IMG/VR virus record: IMGVR_UViG_3300029305_003961
Span: 32,664 to 96,663 of that record
DNA from: a virus
Taxonomy: Duplodnaviria > Caudoviricetes
Length of the DNA stretch: 64,000 nt
Direction: 5' to 3' (one strand)
Every line of letters begins with the position of its first letter. Position 1 is the first letter of the stretch. This document shows, piece after piece, positions 63,254-64,000 of the stretch. Under the pieces are notes generated by a model. The model did no database searches. It saw only the letters and a program-made list of their open reading frames with translations, and was not told the origin of the DNA. Both the position numbers and the translations under genes were made by a program.

Positions 63254-63862
63254 ATGGTAGTCGATATGGAACGCGTAAATTCTATCATCAAAACACTGGT
63301 TGATAGTGGTATGGTAAGCGATATTATCAATAACAGAAGTTTTGAGCCCTGGGGCTGGTTCCAAGAGCACAAAGGTTTGCTGTCCGGCGGCTACAAAATT
63401 TATAGCGGCGCCTGTAAGGGCGTTATCGTATTCGACGACACCGACTGGGTTATCAAGTTTGATTATTATGGAAGTGATAGTTATTGTAAGATTGAGGCTG
63501 ATAACTATCGCTACGCTGTTAAAGAGGGCCTGGCACACTACTTTGCGGAAACTCGTTTTATCACTCAAGTCGAATGTGTGAGTTTTGTCGTCCAGGCGAA
63601 ATGTGAATGCGACGAAAACGATATTTACGATTCTCTTCATCAATATGTCAAAGAGGTTTATGATGAAGAGTGTTCTGAATATACCGATAATAGCCTTTGG
63701 GAAGAGGTCGAAAGCATCTGCGAAAATGGATGTGTATTTGAGATGTTCCGTGATGATGCGCTAAATGCCTTCGTGAGCCGCTATTACATTAACGATTTAC
63801 ATCCCGGCAATTTTGGTCGTATCAATGGCCGAATTGTAATGACCGATTATTCTGGCTTTTAA
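63254..63862 (+). CDS. Protein kinase-like fold protein
   Basis: SGACKGVIV, WVIKF, conserved E, DLHPGNFG and MTDY motifs. Confidence 0.7.
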   Translation: MVVDMERVNSIIKTLVDSGMVSDIINNRSFEPWGWFQEHKGLLSGGYKIYSGACKGVIVFDDTDWVIKFDYYGSDSYCKIEADNYRYAVKEGLAHYFAETRFITQVECVSFVVQAKCECDENDIYDSLHQYVKEVYDEECSEYTDNSLWEEVESICENGCVFEMFRDDALNAFVSRYYINDLHPGNFGRINGRIVMTDYSGF

Positions 63863-63876
63863 TAGGAGGTAATAAA

Positions 63877-64000
63877 ATGAAAACAGGTTGGTTATCTCCG
63901 ACAGGAGAATGGTTTCCGTGTCCTGTATACGACCATATGATGTGGGCAAGACGACTCGCCGATACAACTATTCGGCCGGATGATGTACTTATCAACCGTA
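63877..64000 (+). CDS. Hypothetical protein (3' truncated)
   Basis: AGGAGGT SD; MKTGWLSPTGEWFPC... Confidence 0.6.
   Translation, partial: MKTGWLSPTGEWFPCPVYDHMMWARRLADTTIRPDDVLINR

Overview
This is a 64-kb piece of a large tailed (sipho-type) phage, probably infecting a Firmicute, inferred from the sigmaA-type promoters, strong SD sites, an AbrB-like gene and an LL-H-like holin. It has three parts. (1) 1-38.2 kb is an AT-rich late region, mostly on the minus strand, covering packaging, head, tail and lysis. The ORF track is fragmented here because TAG is read as sense (Gln fits conserved motifs; genetic code 15). Reading through TAG restores terL, portal, prohead protease, a ~3150-aa tape measure, a ~1390-aa tail fibre and several genes the track misses. 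The major tail protein probably gains a -1 frameshift extension. (2) 38.9-57.2 kb is a GC-richer, plus-strand early or host-takeover block that is almost TAG-free and is built as repeated cassettes. It carries 18 TTGACA promoters, tiny ORFs, tRNA-Lys, tRNA-like and other structured RNAs, a lone ClpB-type NBD1, a MoxR/VWA pair and a DEDDh exonuclease. Fifteen cassette junctions carry a sequence-variable inverted repeat of nearly fixed length (27 nt in 12 copies) always followed by A(A/G)TT, often with a second conserved operator-like motif. This is the most unusual signal in the window. (3) 57.2-64 kb holds a candidate origin (11 copies of a 15-bp palindrome plus a GCGAAGC hairpin) beside a recoded RHH / small ORF / wHTH operon, then middle-type genes including a kinase-like ORF. 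No suppressor tRNA or release factor is visible here. Coordinates of read-through genes were derived by hand from frame-consistent fragments; the longest were spot-checked, not checked codon by codon.
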